A stretch of DNA of 37,448 nucleotides from Octopus sinensis (Eukaryota). The notes under the pieces are model-generated. The model was not told where the DNA came from and did not search any database. It saw only the letters and a list, made by a program, of their open reading frames with translations. A program made the translations under genes and the position numbers. Every line of letters begins with the position of its first letter. Positions within the stretch are counted from its first letter, which is position 1. Below are positions 22,079 through 34,300 of this stretch, piece after piece. The stretch is from contig NW_021832738.1 of assembly GCF_006345805.1 (NCBI RefSeq), forward strand, positions 1-37,448. Reading direction: 5' to 3'.

Positions 22079-23654
22079 TACCTGGATCCATCGGGGTTCG
22101 ATTGGTAATTTGATGTCGAAATCCACTCGGATATTCCCCTCGTTATTTTGAGATATATTGTTTTGAAGTTCATTTTGGGATTCTTGTGTTGTTTTTATGT
22201 ATGTACAAACACAAACAAATAAACATATACATGTGAATGCAGTATGTGCATGTAGCAATCATAGACTGATGCACATATATATGCATATAAAGTATTGGTG
22301 CATAAAGCATGCTAATTAATTAGTGAAAGAAAGTAAGGCAGTGCCCATAGCCTACACAAGGCCTCAAAACCTGAGAAAGAGAATTAGATGAGATAAACAG
22401 GAACAGTATATTATTGCTACTTAATATTTTCAGCCAGTGGTGGGATGGTGTGAAAAGTTAATCCAAAGAGTATGTCATGGGTGGAGTGTCTTTGATTCTA
22501 GGTTTGAAGGACCTGGGCTGAATTGTGACTAAACAGCTACAACTACTCCAAAACTGACCTTTCCTTGCAAAAAGGACCACCACTATCACCATGACCCCAA
22601 CCACCATCACTTCTGCAATCTATAGCATCACCACCACCACCACCACCACTACCACCTGCATCATCAACACTACCACAACCACAACCTCAACCAACCTACA
22701 CATTTCTGCTCAGACCAACTCCGTGATTTATTCAAATGCCTTGTTTTGGGCCCTTAATGGGGTCAGTGCAGTTCCCAGGTAAGGTAGCTATATCTAGTAG
22801 TTTATCTGTTGACCCTGAAAGAATTTGACTTCAGCTGGATTTGATCTCAGAACATAGAGAACCGCAACAATTACTGCAAAGCTGTCAATTGGCTATCGTG
22901 AAGACCCGATAGAAAAAGCAGCTAAACCTCACTCAGCTCACGCCTTACTCTTATAAGAAAGAAAGGCTATTGTAGATAATGTAATTTCAACATTTCTCAT
23001 AGCTAAAAGACAGGATGGTCATGGTTAGAACGTCTTTAAGCAAATGATTTCTAGATTAGAGATGATCTGGGAGCTGGACAACAACATCTAAAATTAGAAC
23101 TCACTAGAATTAAATGTTCACTACAGATAGCACAAGAGGTAGACGTGGCCGCATTTCCCGCGTCACACATCGAACCCGTGCTCTATGGTGTCAGCTTGAT
23201 GCAGTCATATGTATATCAGGGACAATATATATGAGGCTGCAATTCAGCCATTTGATCAGTTAACTGGAAGAGAGGACAACAACAATAACAATGCCAACAA
23301 TATCAAATACACACACACACACAAAACACCACCACCACCAGCAACAAGATAATCATCGTTAATTTTAGAGAGGATCACTTTTCTTATATTATCGAGAATA
23401 ATGAACCTGGCGTATATTCATATCGTCAACCAATACTGCCACACCTGAGATGTTAGTCACGTTGTGATTGAGAAATCGGTCAACATAAATATTACTTTAC
23501 ACACTCTGCTATCATATTTTCTTATGCAACAATCAATTTCTATCCTGTTTCTTTATTTTGAGTTCGTTTCAAATATTTTAAGAATTTTTATCCTGATTTC
23601 AAATGTCGGACAAAACACTGAATCGGAAAACTGATACGTCTAAATCTGGTGGTG

Positions 23655-24420
23655 CATATGTATGGGTGTATATATGTGTATGTATGTGTGTTTGCATGCA
23701 TGTATGAATCTGCATGTATGTGCAGATGTATTTATGCATGCATGTATATATATATGTGTGTGTGTATGTTTGTATGTATGTGTGTAGGTATGTGTTAGTA
23801 AGCATGCAAATATATATGTATGTATGTATGCATGCATGCATGGATGCATGCATATATGGATGCATGCATGCATGTATGGGCATGCATGTATGGATGCATG
23901 CATGAATGTATGCATGCACGTATGGATGCATGCATATATGGATGCATGCATATATGGATGCATGCATGCATGTATGGATGCATGCATGTATGGATGCATG
24001 CATGAATGTATGCATGCATGCATGGATGCATGCATATATGGATGCATGCATATATGGATGCATGCATGCATGTATGGATGCATGCATGAATGTATGCATG
24101 CATGCATGGATGCATGCATATATGGATGCATGCATATATGGATGCATGCATGCATGTATGGATGCATGCATGAATGTATGCATGCATGGATGCATGCCTG
24201 CATTATGTATGCATGCATTATGTATGTATGTGCATATGTATGTATGCATGTATGCATGTATGTATGCATGCATGTATGTGTGTATACATGTATGTATGTA
24301 TGCATGCATGTATATATGTATGTATGTCTGTATGTATGCATGTATGTATATCTGTATCTATGTGTTTGTAAGTATGCAAATATATATGTATGTATGTATC
24401 TATGTATGTCTGTCTGTATG
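23655..24420. repeat. Expanded (ATGC/ATGT/ATGG)n microsatellite with an 84-bp higher-order period
   Basis: CATGAATGTA marker at 23901, 24001, 24085 and 24169. Confidence 0.92.
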
Positions 24421-24794
24421 TCAGGTCACTTACAAGGCTCTCATAAGTGCTGCTGGTAACATGGAATCCAGTACAACCAGTTGCATGGTTGGGTTGTCAG
24501 GACTAAACTGGCAACCCCACCTGGATATCCAGATGAGGAGCAACAAAATTAAAAACAAGACCTGTTGAAAGGTTGGATGAACGGCTGTCTAGCAATAGCA
24601 GCTGAAAAGGTTGGAATTAATTCCAGTTTTAATAAAATGTTGTAGTGCGAAACAATTGTACCAAATTACCGGAGTCATTCTTTGTACTTACTTTTGATTA
24701 TAATCACCCCACAAATTTTTATGGATAACACCTTACAAAATTCTGGTGCATCTAAATTAAATACCATATTCATTTGAATCTATATTGTTGCTGA

Positions 24795-24825
<31 letters not shown>

Positions 24826-25038
24826 ATATATACATATATGTGTGTATATATGTATATATATATATATGTGTGTATATATATATACATATATATATACATA
24901 CATATATATATATGTATGTATATATACATATATATATATACACATATATGTATGTATATATGTATATATATATGTATATATATATATATACACATATATA
25001 TATATATACATATATACACACATACATGTATATATACA
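24795..25038. repeat. (TA/CA)n microsatellite, left flank of the unit 2 Helitron dimer
   Basis: Direct reading; A25038 precedes TC. Confidence 0.93.
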
Positions 25039-25449
25039 TCTCTATATATAAAACTGAAATGCGTTTTTACCGCTTGTATCGCTTTCAATGCCACTACGAC
25101 CCGTCCGATTCGCTCCAAAATTTACAGGGACATGTAGAATGAGGTGACGATGCTCGTGGGCTACCTAAGAAATCCCTATCTTAAAAGGTGTGGTTGCTAG
25201 GGGCCATCTTCCTCACTCACCCTATTTCCTCCTTTCCCTCTCTTACTCCCCTTCATTCGTAACGTTGATAATGTCCCCTCCCGTTATTTAATGTATTCCC
25301 CTCAACTCCCTTTCACTTTGTCTTTATAAGGTCGTCAGACGGCTTTCTTTGATGCATCTGTCGGCATTCATAGGGAGAATTATCATCGCTACAAAAAACA
25401 CACAATCATGAGAACAAATATTATGAATCAGATATTCATTGCGTTCATT

Positions 25450-25484
<35 letters not shown>

Positions 25485-25804
25485 TCGATATATAAATATG
25501 TATATATAATGTATATATACAAAGTGTATATATCTGTATTTATGTATATTAAACTTTTTAATACTTTTTGATAGTTATATATATTTTTAAACAAATTATA
25601 AATATAATTTAATAATTTTTATTTTAAATTTAAATAATTTCAATTTTTCAATTTTATATATTTTCTATATTATATTTTTCTTTTTATGTTTTTGTTTTTG
25701 TTTTTTTTTGCCTATTAGTGGTTTTATCACTAATTTAATTTATACATATATATATATAATTTGTATATATAATGTGTGCACACACACACACACATATATA
25801 TATA

Positions 25805-26414
25805 TATCATCATCATCGTTTAACGTCCCTTTTCCGCGCTAGCACGGGTTGGACGGTTTGTCCGGGGTCTGGGAAGCCAAGGGCTGCCCCAGCCTCCAGT
25901 CTGATCTGGCAGTGTTTCTACGGCTGGATGCCCTTCCTAACGCCAACCACTCCGCGAGTGTAGTGCGTGCTTTTTACATGCCACCTGCACAGATGCCAGG
26001 GGGGGGGCTGGCATCGGCCACGATCGGTTGGTGCTTTTAACGTGCCACCGGCACGGAAGCCAGCCAAGGCGGCGCTGGCATCGGTCACGTTCGGATGGTG
26101 CTTTTTATGTCCCACCGGCACAGAAGCCAGTCGAGGCGGCGCTGGCATCGGCCACGTTCGGATGGTGCTTTTTATGTGCCACCGGCACAGGTATCACAAC
26201 TACTATTTCCATTGATATTTATTTCGATGTTCATGTTCATGTACTTGACTCCACAGGTCTCCTCAAGCACAGCGGGGTGTTCTGGAATCCAAGGTACTTT
26301 GAATGGGCAGGGGCTATGCGGAACTGGTGCAGGAAGCACCCGGGTCTTTGCAGTCACAGCATATCTCTAGAGATCTCGGTCCTTCGCCATTGCCTCAGTG
26401 AGGCCCCAGTGCAT
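25805..26414 (-). mobile_element. RTE-type LINE 3' end or SINE, unit 2 copy
   Basis: Copy of 11139-11745. Confidence 0.7.
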
Positions 26415-26457
26415 TATGTGGTCGGTCGGTTCAGCTGAAAATATGCACACCTATGAA

Positions 26458-27538
26458 CCCTTTCGTTACTATATTTCTGACCAAAATACATCCCTTATGT
26501 GTTTCAATTAATTTCTAACATAATCATAAATTTAGTCTGGTTTCATTAAAGAACTATAACTTTTTTATTTATCAATATCTTAATGTGATTTTTGGAAGAT
26601 AATTTAATGAAATGTTCTCAACCAATTCTATACTATAATTTTTGTCACAAAGTGACACTAATTGCAGGTAGATACAGGTAAATTCAACAATATATAAAAT
26701 TATTAAAATTTTGTTCAAACATCGCTATAGAAAATGGCTTATTAGCTAATATTCAATTGGGTATACAACAAAATTTTACGATAGATTTTCTTATTCTGGG
26801 TAACTTTCTGATACCCATAATAATATTTATGGCAAAATAGTCTTAATTTCATTTAAGGTTGTGGGAAACCACTAACTATCCTTTCTTTCGCTTTGTTTAC
26901 ATTTAGCGTAACGGTTTGTTTCCGCCGTAATGATTTCAAATAGGCTCATTCGAAAAAGTAAAAAGAAATAGTCTAAGGCTTTACTCTCCTGGGAAAGTCT
27001 GTGGCTTGGTCCAGTTTCTTCAGAAAAATCACTGAAAGGAACAGTTTTTCAATTTTCACTCCATTCAGGTGCCAATTCATTTTCTTTATCGCTGTCGGAG
27101 CTCTCGGATTCACTGTTTTCACTTTCGGAAAATGAAACATCAGATTCATTATCAAATACCACGTGCTTTTCTTTTTTCAGTCATAGAGTTAGATTTATCA
27201 ATGTCTTCAGTAGAAAATCCTTCGAATTCTGACTCGCTGCTTGATATGATGAAATTCGTATCCATTTTTTGTCAGAATTACAAATTTTGAAAACACAATA
27301 GGAACAAATTTCGGAAAAAAATCTCCCAAAAAATTCACAGAATTAAAATTACACTTCGATCGTTGTACAAAAGTGTATATGAACTGTTTACGAAGTATAA
27401 TCACGTGTTTTCACGAATGTACTAAAGAGATTTGCTCTGATATTCTCATTTAAATATGAATAGGTAAATACGGGCGGGTTTGGTCACATTAACAAAAATT
27501 TTTTTCGGGCGGCTTTGGCCGGTTTGGTAACGAAAGGG
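26458..27538 (-). mobile_element. Internally deleted piggyBac element, unit 2 copy (1,081 bp)
   Basis: Same TIRs; TGAA and TTAA flanks; ~20 bp extra near 27440-27461 relative to unit 1. Confidence 0.88.
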
Positions 27539-28300
27539 TTAAAAGTGCTGGCAAGTTTGCATGACAACTATTTTTTTCCTCAAATGAAAGGCGTGACCTC
27601 TAGGACAAAATTCCTCATCTTATAAAATGTGGCCCCAGTAGACTCGAATGAAATCGGGTTATATTAACCAAAAGGTGAAAAGGGGTATAAATGGAGCTGG
27701 AAGGGTATTAAAATTTAAAGGAGCGAGTGTTTAGGAATTCTCTGTTACATCAAGCTAAAAAATTTGCGCCAGCCTTTTAATCTTCAATGTGTTGCCGTCA
27801 ATGATGAAGAGGTTTTGAATGCTTACCATGGTGAGTCTACTGTCGTGAAAAAGAATCAATTCAAAACTTGGTGTTTACGAATTTTCTTTTACATCAAGTT
27901 CAAAATTTTACGCCAGCGGTTAAACTGTCAATACGTTGCTGTCCGTCGTTAAGAAATGCCAGTCATGGTGACTCTACTATCCTCACATTCTATCCCTTCA
28001 AACTTTGCTTTCCAATATTTTATTATTTTTATTCAGCTCGCAAGTTCGTCTGTCCCTTTTAAATGTTAGCGTTTTGCTGTCTGCCTTGAAGCAGACCTTT
28101 CCGTTGTTACTGCCTGATATTTATGATTGATCTTTCTAAATATTTTATTTCTCAACTTACTCAAGATCTTTTGTTGTTTATAAATGGGAGATAGATAGAT
28201 AAAGATAGAGAATAAGAGAAAGCGAGGGAGAGTCCGACAGAAAAGAAAAGTAAGAGAGTGGGAAAGTGAGAGAGAAAGGAGAGAGAAACAAAGAGGGAGA

Positions 28301-28603
28301 ATCATCATCATCATCATCATCGTTTTCCGTGCTAGCACGGGTTGGACAGTTTGACCGGGGTCTGGGAAGCCATAAGGCTGCACCAGGCTCCAGTCTGATC
28401 TGGCAGTGTTTCTACAGGTGGATGATCTTCCTAACGCCAACCACTCTGTGAGTGTAGTGGGTGCTTTTTTCGTGCCGCCGGCACAGGTGCCAGGGGGGCT
28501 CGCAGCGGCAACGATCAGTTGGTGCTTTTTACGTGCCACTGGCACAGAAGCCAGTCAAGGCGGCACTGCAATCGGCCACGTTCGGATGGTGCTTTTTACG
28601 TGC
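28301..28603 (-). mobile_element. Second RTE-tail/SINE, unit 2 copy
   Basis: Copy of 13613-13914. Confidence 0.7.
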
Positions 28604-29209
28604 TGAAAGGAAGCAACAGAAAGTAACAACCACACTCTTACCCGCGCGTAGAGCGGGTCACCTTCAGCTAGTCTCTATATATAAAACTGAATTGCGTTTT
28701 TACCGCTTGGATCGCTTTCAATGCCACTACATCCCGTCCGATTCGCTCCAAAATTTACAGGGACATGTAGAATGAGGTGACGATGCACGTGGGCTACCTT
28801 AGAAATCCCTATCTTAAAAGGTGTGGTTGCTAGGGGCCATCTTCCTCACTCACCCTATTTCCTCCAGTACTCTCTCACTCCTCTTCATTTGACAATGCCA
28901 CTACGGTTATTTAATGTAAAGTCTTCCTCAAATCACTCTCTCGGTGTTTCCTCTCTTCCAAGAACATTTTCACTCACTCTTATCTCTTAGCTTCCCATAC
29001 ATTTTACTCATGTATCTATCAGCGTTCATAGACAGAAACAAATATTACATCGCCATCGCCATCGCATTCTATTGTCTACCTGTCAACACACACACACACA
29101 CATATATACATATATCTAATATTATATTTTTATTTTTATGTTTTTGTTTTTTTTACTGTTTCATTTCCCTATTAGTGGTTTGATCTCTAATTTAATTTCT
29201 ACAGCGTGC

Positions 29210-29247
<38 letters not shown>

Positions 29248-30309
29248 CTATATGTGGCCCCAGTACACCTGAATGAAATCGGGTTCTCTTCATCAAAATG
29301 TGAAAAGGGGTCTACAATTATCATCGCCACAACTTATGTATGTCTTCCTCACTCACTCTTTTTCCTAATGATTATTATCATCGCCACCACCACCACCACC
29401 AACACGCAATCATGACAATCTTTCTCTTAAAACAAATCATGTTTACATTGCAAAATATTTCCTTTACCGTCCTCTCTTTCATATATCACCTTTTCTTTCT
29501 CCAGCTCTCTTTTTTTTCGCCGTCTCTATTTATTCTACAACGAGTCTATCAATGACAGCCGCAAAAGTTTCAATATTCCTACTTCACCTCTTTCAGAAAC
29601 GCAACAGATATTATTCTTTTTGCCGGGGTTAAAGCCCACTACATCCCGTCGGATTCACTCCAAAATTTACACCTTCTCTTTCTACCTCTAACTCCCATTC
29701 AATTTCTCTTTATCTCCATTCTTAAAGATAATTATCATCGCCACCAACACACAATCTGGACAATCTTTCTCTTAAAACAAATCGTGTTTACATTGCAACG
29801 ACGTCTGCCACCTCTGCCGTCTCTATTTATTCTGCAACGAGTCTATCAATGACAGCCGCAAAAGTTTCAATATTCCTACTTCACCTCTTTCAGAAACGTA
29901 ACAGATATTATTTATTTTTGCGGGGTTAAAGGCCACTACATCCCGTCGGATTGACTCCAAAATTTACACCTTTTCTTTCTCCATCTCTCTCTTTTTTCAC
30001 CTTCAATACTTTTTCTCTATATATATAACCATGTTAACCACCTCCACCGTCTCCCTTTCTCTGCAAAAGTTTCAATATTCCCACTTCAGCTCTTTCAGAA
30101 AGGTAACAGATATTATTTATTCTTGCGTGGATAAATACAATTTATTTCTATGCTCAAGCTGGCTGTCGTTAACAACAATTTTTCTGTAAGTTTTACAAAT
30201 TTTCCACTTTTGATATATTTACATCTTAATTATTTTATTCGTTTTCTCATTCTAAACAGAATCAACTTTAGCATAACAAATATTTCATTTTCCAGATTTT
30301 CTTTTCAAT

Positions 30310-30390
30310 ATGCCTAGGCGTAAGCGCTCCAACTTATCAAACCACCGAGATAGAGTCAGGAAATCGAAAAGGAGGGAGGCACATGCTCGG
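30310..30390 (+). CDS. Predicted exon 1 of Helitron Rep-Hel, copy B
   Basis: Identical peptide to 15663-15743; donor GT at 30391; acceptor AG at 31370-31371. Confidence 0.7.
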
Positions 30391-31371
30391 GTAATTTTTT
30401 GATTACTAAATAGCCTTTTTACCTAAAAGACAAATATTTCTAATACGGGCTTTTCGCTTGCCTTCTGGTGATAACTTTCCGTTTTTTAATTTTTTTTTTA
30501 ACATTTTACTTCACTGAAAATATTACAATCATTAACATAATCCCTCATTCACTCCTTTTCTGCATTTTTCTAAGCTATACTCTAATCACATTTTCCCAAT
30601 CCTTTAACAGTCAATTAAAAAAAAAAAGGATTCATATTTTATAAGTTCAATGTATATGAGCTCTTCCTTCTTTTAAAATTTACTGAGGAAAACTGACAAT
30701 ATATACCCCTATTTTTCATCATTTTTTTCTGCACATTGCTCTTTATCCTCCTTTTCTCCATCAAGGATCAATCACATATTTCTTCGCTTCATTTATATAT
30801 GTGTCTGTGTGTGTGTGTGTCTGTGTATTCTATATATAAATATATATATAGCGAGAATCTTTCTCTTAAAACAAATCATGTTTACGTTTAAAAATATTTC
30901 ATTTTAACATATTTTTAGAACCCTACATATTTTTCCTGCTACATTTTCATTTGTTACTACGTTTTTCTTTTTAAATTCATGCTTTTATTTAAATGAAATC
31001 TAATTTTCTTCGTCAACATTTCGTTTCTTCGGATAATAGGGAAATTCCTATTACCAGTCACAGATATAACTCCACAACCCTCTTTTTAATAATTCTTCAG
31101 CACATTGCTTTTTTTCCACCTTTTCTCCCTGAAGGCTCATTTCTTGCAATCCTCAACCGCCCAAAACGCGCCCATGGAGCAAATACAAACACAACACACC
31201 AACGAGCCTTCGTCTTCTGGTGATAACGTACGTTTTTTTTATCTATTACATTTTCACATTTATTTACAACCCTGACAATTTTTCCTGCTAAATTTTCATT
31301 TGTTACTACTTTCTTATTTTTTCTTAAATTGATGCTTTTATTAAAATTAATTCTAATTGTCTCGAATTCAG

Positions 31372-34300
31372 CGTCAACGCTCATGTATGACAGACACTCC
31401 AGTTGCGAGGGAGGCACGTCTTACTGCACAACGCGAAAGCACCCGAATGGCGAGACTTGCTGACACACATGATGAAAGGGAGGCACGTCTCGCTACTGAC
31501 CGCATTCAAGCACAACAAAGAAACCCCAATCAGACAGCAGAACAGACACAAGTTACACGGTCTATAGCACAACGAAAACTCAAGCAAAATAAGGTTGCTA
31601 AGAGGGATGAGTTCTGGTACAGGGCCGCCTTCACCTACGATCCTGCTAAAAACTATGCCAACAACAACAAAGTGACCATCGGAAAGATGGACAAAATTTG
31701 TTCCTCCTGTGGGGCCAAAAAGTGGGATTTCGATGTTCCCGGTCTTTGCTGCTCTCAAGGAAAAGTCCGACTCCCACCGTTACCTGATCCACCTCAGGTT
31801 CTTCTAGAATTGCTTACAAGTCCATCTGACGGTGCAAAGCATTTTCGTGAAAGAATTCATAGGTTTAATTCGTGCTTCTCAATGACATGCTTTGGAACAA
31901 CGAGCATACCAGGTTTACAAAAAAATAAAAATAAACAAAATATGCCACGACCTTCAAATGTTGCTTCGACAACAACTGAAAATCTCAGTGTCCCGGGACC
32001 TTCATGGACTGTTACAACAACAATAACGGAAAACCTCAATGTCCCTGGACCTTCAAGAGCTGTTGCGAAAACAGTACTCGAAAACCCCCATGTCGACAGA
32101 CATTCTACAAAGCCTAATTATCATTCAGAGAAGTATGAACATTTTTACACATACAAAATTCATGGACAGTGCTACCATCAAATGGGAAGTCTTCGGCCGA
32201 TTCCTGGTAAAGAGCCTACATTCATGCAGGTTTTCTTTGTTGGTGGTCACGATGAGGAACTTGCTATAAGGAAAAAAATAATCCAAACCTTGAGCGGCGT
32301 GTAATTGAAGTACTTCAGATGATGCGCCACCAGACTCATCCTTATGTTCGTGAGTTCAAAAATGCAATGGATACGTTGGATTCCCAACCTCATTTAAAAT
32401 TGGTGATACATGCCGACAAAACTCCTGCCGGTGAGCACCCTGGTCGTTTCAACGCTCCAACTACGAATGAAGTTGCAGCACTCATGGTCGATGAGGTCCA
32501 TGGAAATCGTGACATAATCCTCCGTCACCGCGACGAAGACGTGACTTTTGTTTCAGAATTACACCGATGTTACGATTGCTTGCAGTACCCTCTCCTTTTT
32601 CCTCATGGAGAGGATGGATACCACTTAGAAATTCAAAAGGTTGATCCCGCAATTCTCACACTTCTTGACAAGAAGGTTTCCTGCAAGGCATTTTACGCCT
32701 ATCGACTCATGGTGCGGGAAAACGATTTCAATTTATTACTAAGGTGCCATTCTTTGACCAATCAGTTTTTGGTCGACATGTATTGTAAAGTTGAGTCCGA
32801 ACGTTTAAAATACATTCGTTCCCACCAGGACCAATTAAGAGCAACAGAATACGTTAATCTAGAGGATGCAATGCGTCAAGACGGTGATGCAGCCAACGTT
32901 GGAAAACGTATTATTCTTCCTTCAACACTTATTGGCTCACCTCGGTATATGAATAAACGAATGCAGGACGCAATGACATACCTCGGTAAGTTTGGAAAGC
33001 CGGATCTCTTCATTACATTTACCTGCAATCCTACCTGGCCAGAGATTAAAGAGAATGTGTTCGCTGGGCAGCTGCCAGAGCACAGACATGACATTGTGGC
33101 GCGCGTTTTTCATGCCAAGTTGAAGAAAATGCTATTTTTAATGAAAGTTTTGCATATTTTGGGCCCACTGTCTGCTTGGATGTATACTGTGGAATGGCAG
33201 AAGAGAGGTCTTCCACACGTTCATATGCTAGCCTGGTTTCAGGATAGAATCTACCCTGTGGATATTGACAGAATTATATCTGCTGAGTTGCTCGATCAAA
33301 ATGCTGATCCTCAGCTGCACATCAGTGTGACAAAGCATATGATTCACGGTCCATGTGGTGACTTTTATCCGAGAAGTCCATGCATGAAGAATAAAAGATG
33401 TTCGAAGCGGTACCCTAGAGACTTTTGCGGTCAAACCTGCACTACGAATGACGGATATCCCATCTACCGAAGGCGTGACCCAGGTTTGGGTGACCGCACA
33501 GCTACAATTAGACAACGGCTAAAAACATTCGATGTTGATAATGCCTGGATCGTTCCATTCAACCCTTTGCTTTCCAAAACATTTAATGCACACATTAATG
33601 TTGAGTACTGCAGTTCGGTGAGATGCATACAATACCTCTGCAAGTACATTAATAAGGGCGATGATATGGTCGTGTTTGTGTTCAGTGATGAAGACCTTAG
33701 ACATGACGAAATTAAACAATTCGTTTTGGGTAGGTATGTATCCTCCAATTATGCAGCGTGGCGCATTTTTGGATACGAGATTCATCTAAGCTCACCAACA
33801 GTTTTCCACCTGAATGTTCATTTACAGAAGAGACAGCTGGTTTACTTCACAGAGAAAAATGCACGTCAAGTCATTGAAAATCCAAAAGGGACTACGCTTA
33901 CAGCATTTTTTAAATTGTGTTCAGTTGATGAGTTTGCTGCTACTGTCATTTACCCTGAAGTACCGGAATATTACACATACAACAATAATTGGAAGCGCAG
34001 GTCACATGGAACAGAACTTGACAATTGGCCCGGTGTTTCTAGGAAGAACGTCATTGGACGTGTGTATAATATTCATCCTACCAAACAGGAAATCTTCTTT
34101 TTGAGAATGCTACTTCATGTAGTTACTGGACCGAAGTCTTTTGCTGATCTTCGCACGGTTGATGGTATCATCTGCGCCACTTACAGGGAAGCATGTTTGA
34201 GGCGCGGACTTCTTCTCAATGACGACCACTTACACAGGACATTAGCAGAGGCCTCAAATTGTAAACTGCCATGGCAAATGCGTCGATTGTTTTGTAGCAT

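Larger units (their letters stand above)
7788..22157. repeat. Tandem array unit 1 (~14.4 kb)
   Basis: Colinear and highly similar to 22158-37448; offset drifts from 14,370 to 15,710 through indels. Confidence 0.95.
25039..28671 (+). mobile_element. Non-autonomous Helitron B1 (3,633 bp)
   Basis: TC at 25039; hairpin at 28640-28658; CTAG at 28668-28671; colinear with A1. Confidence 0.88.
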
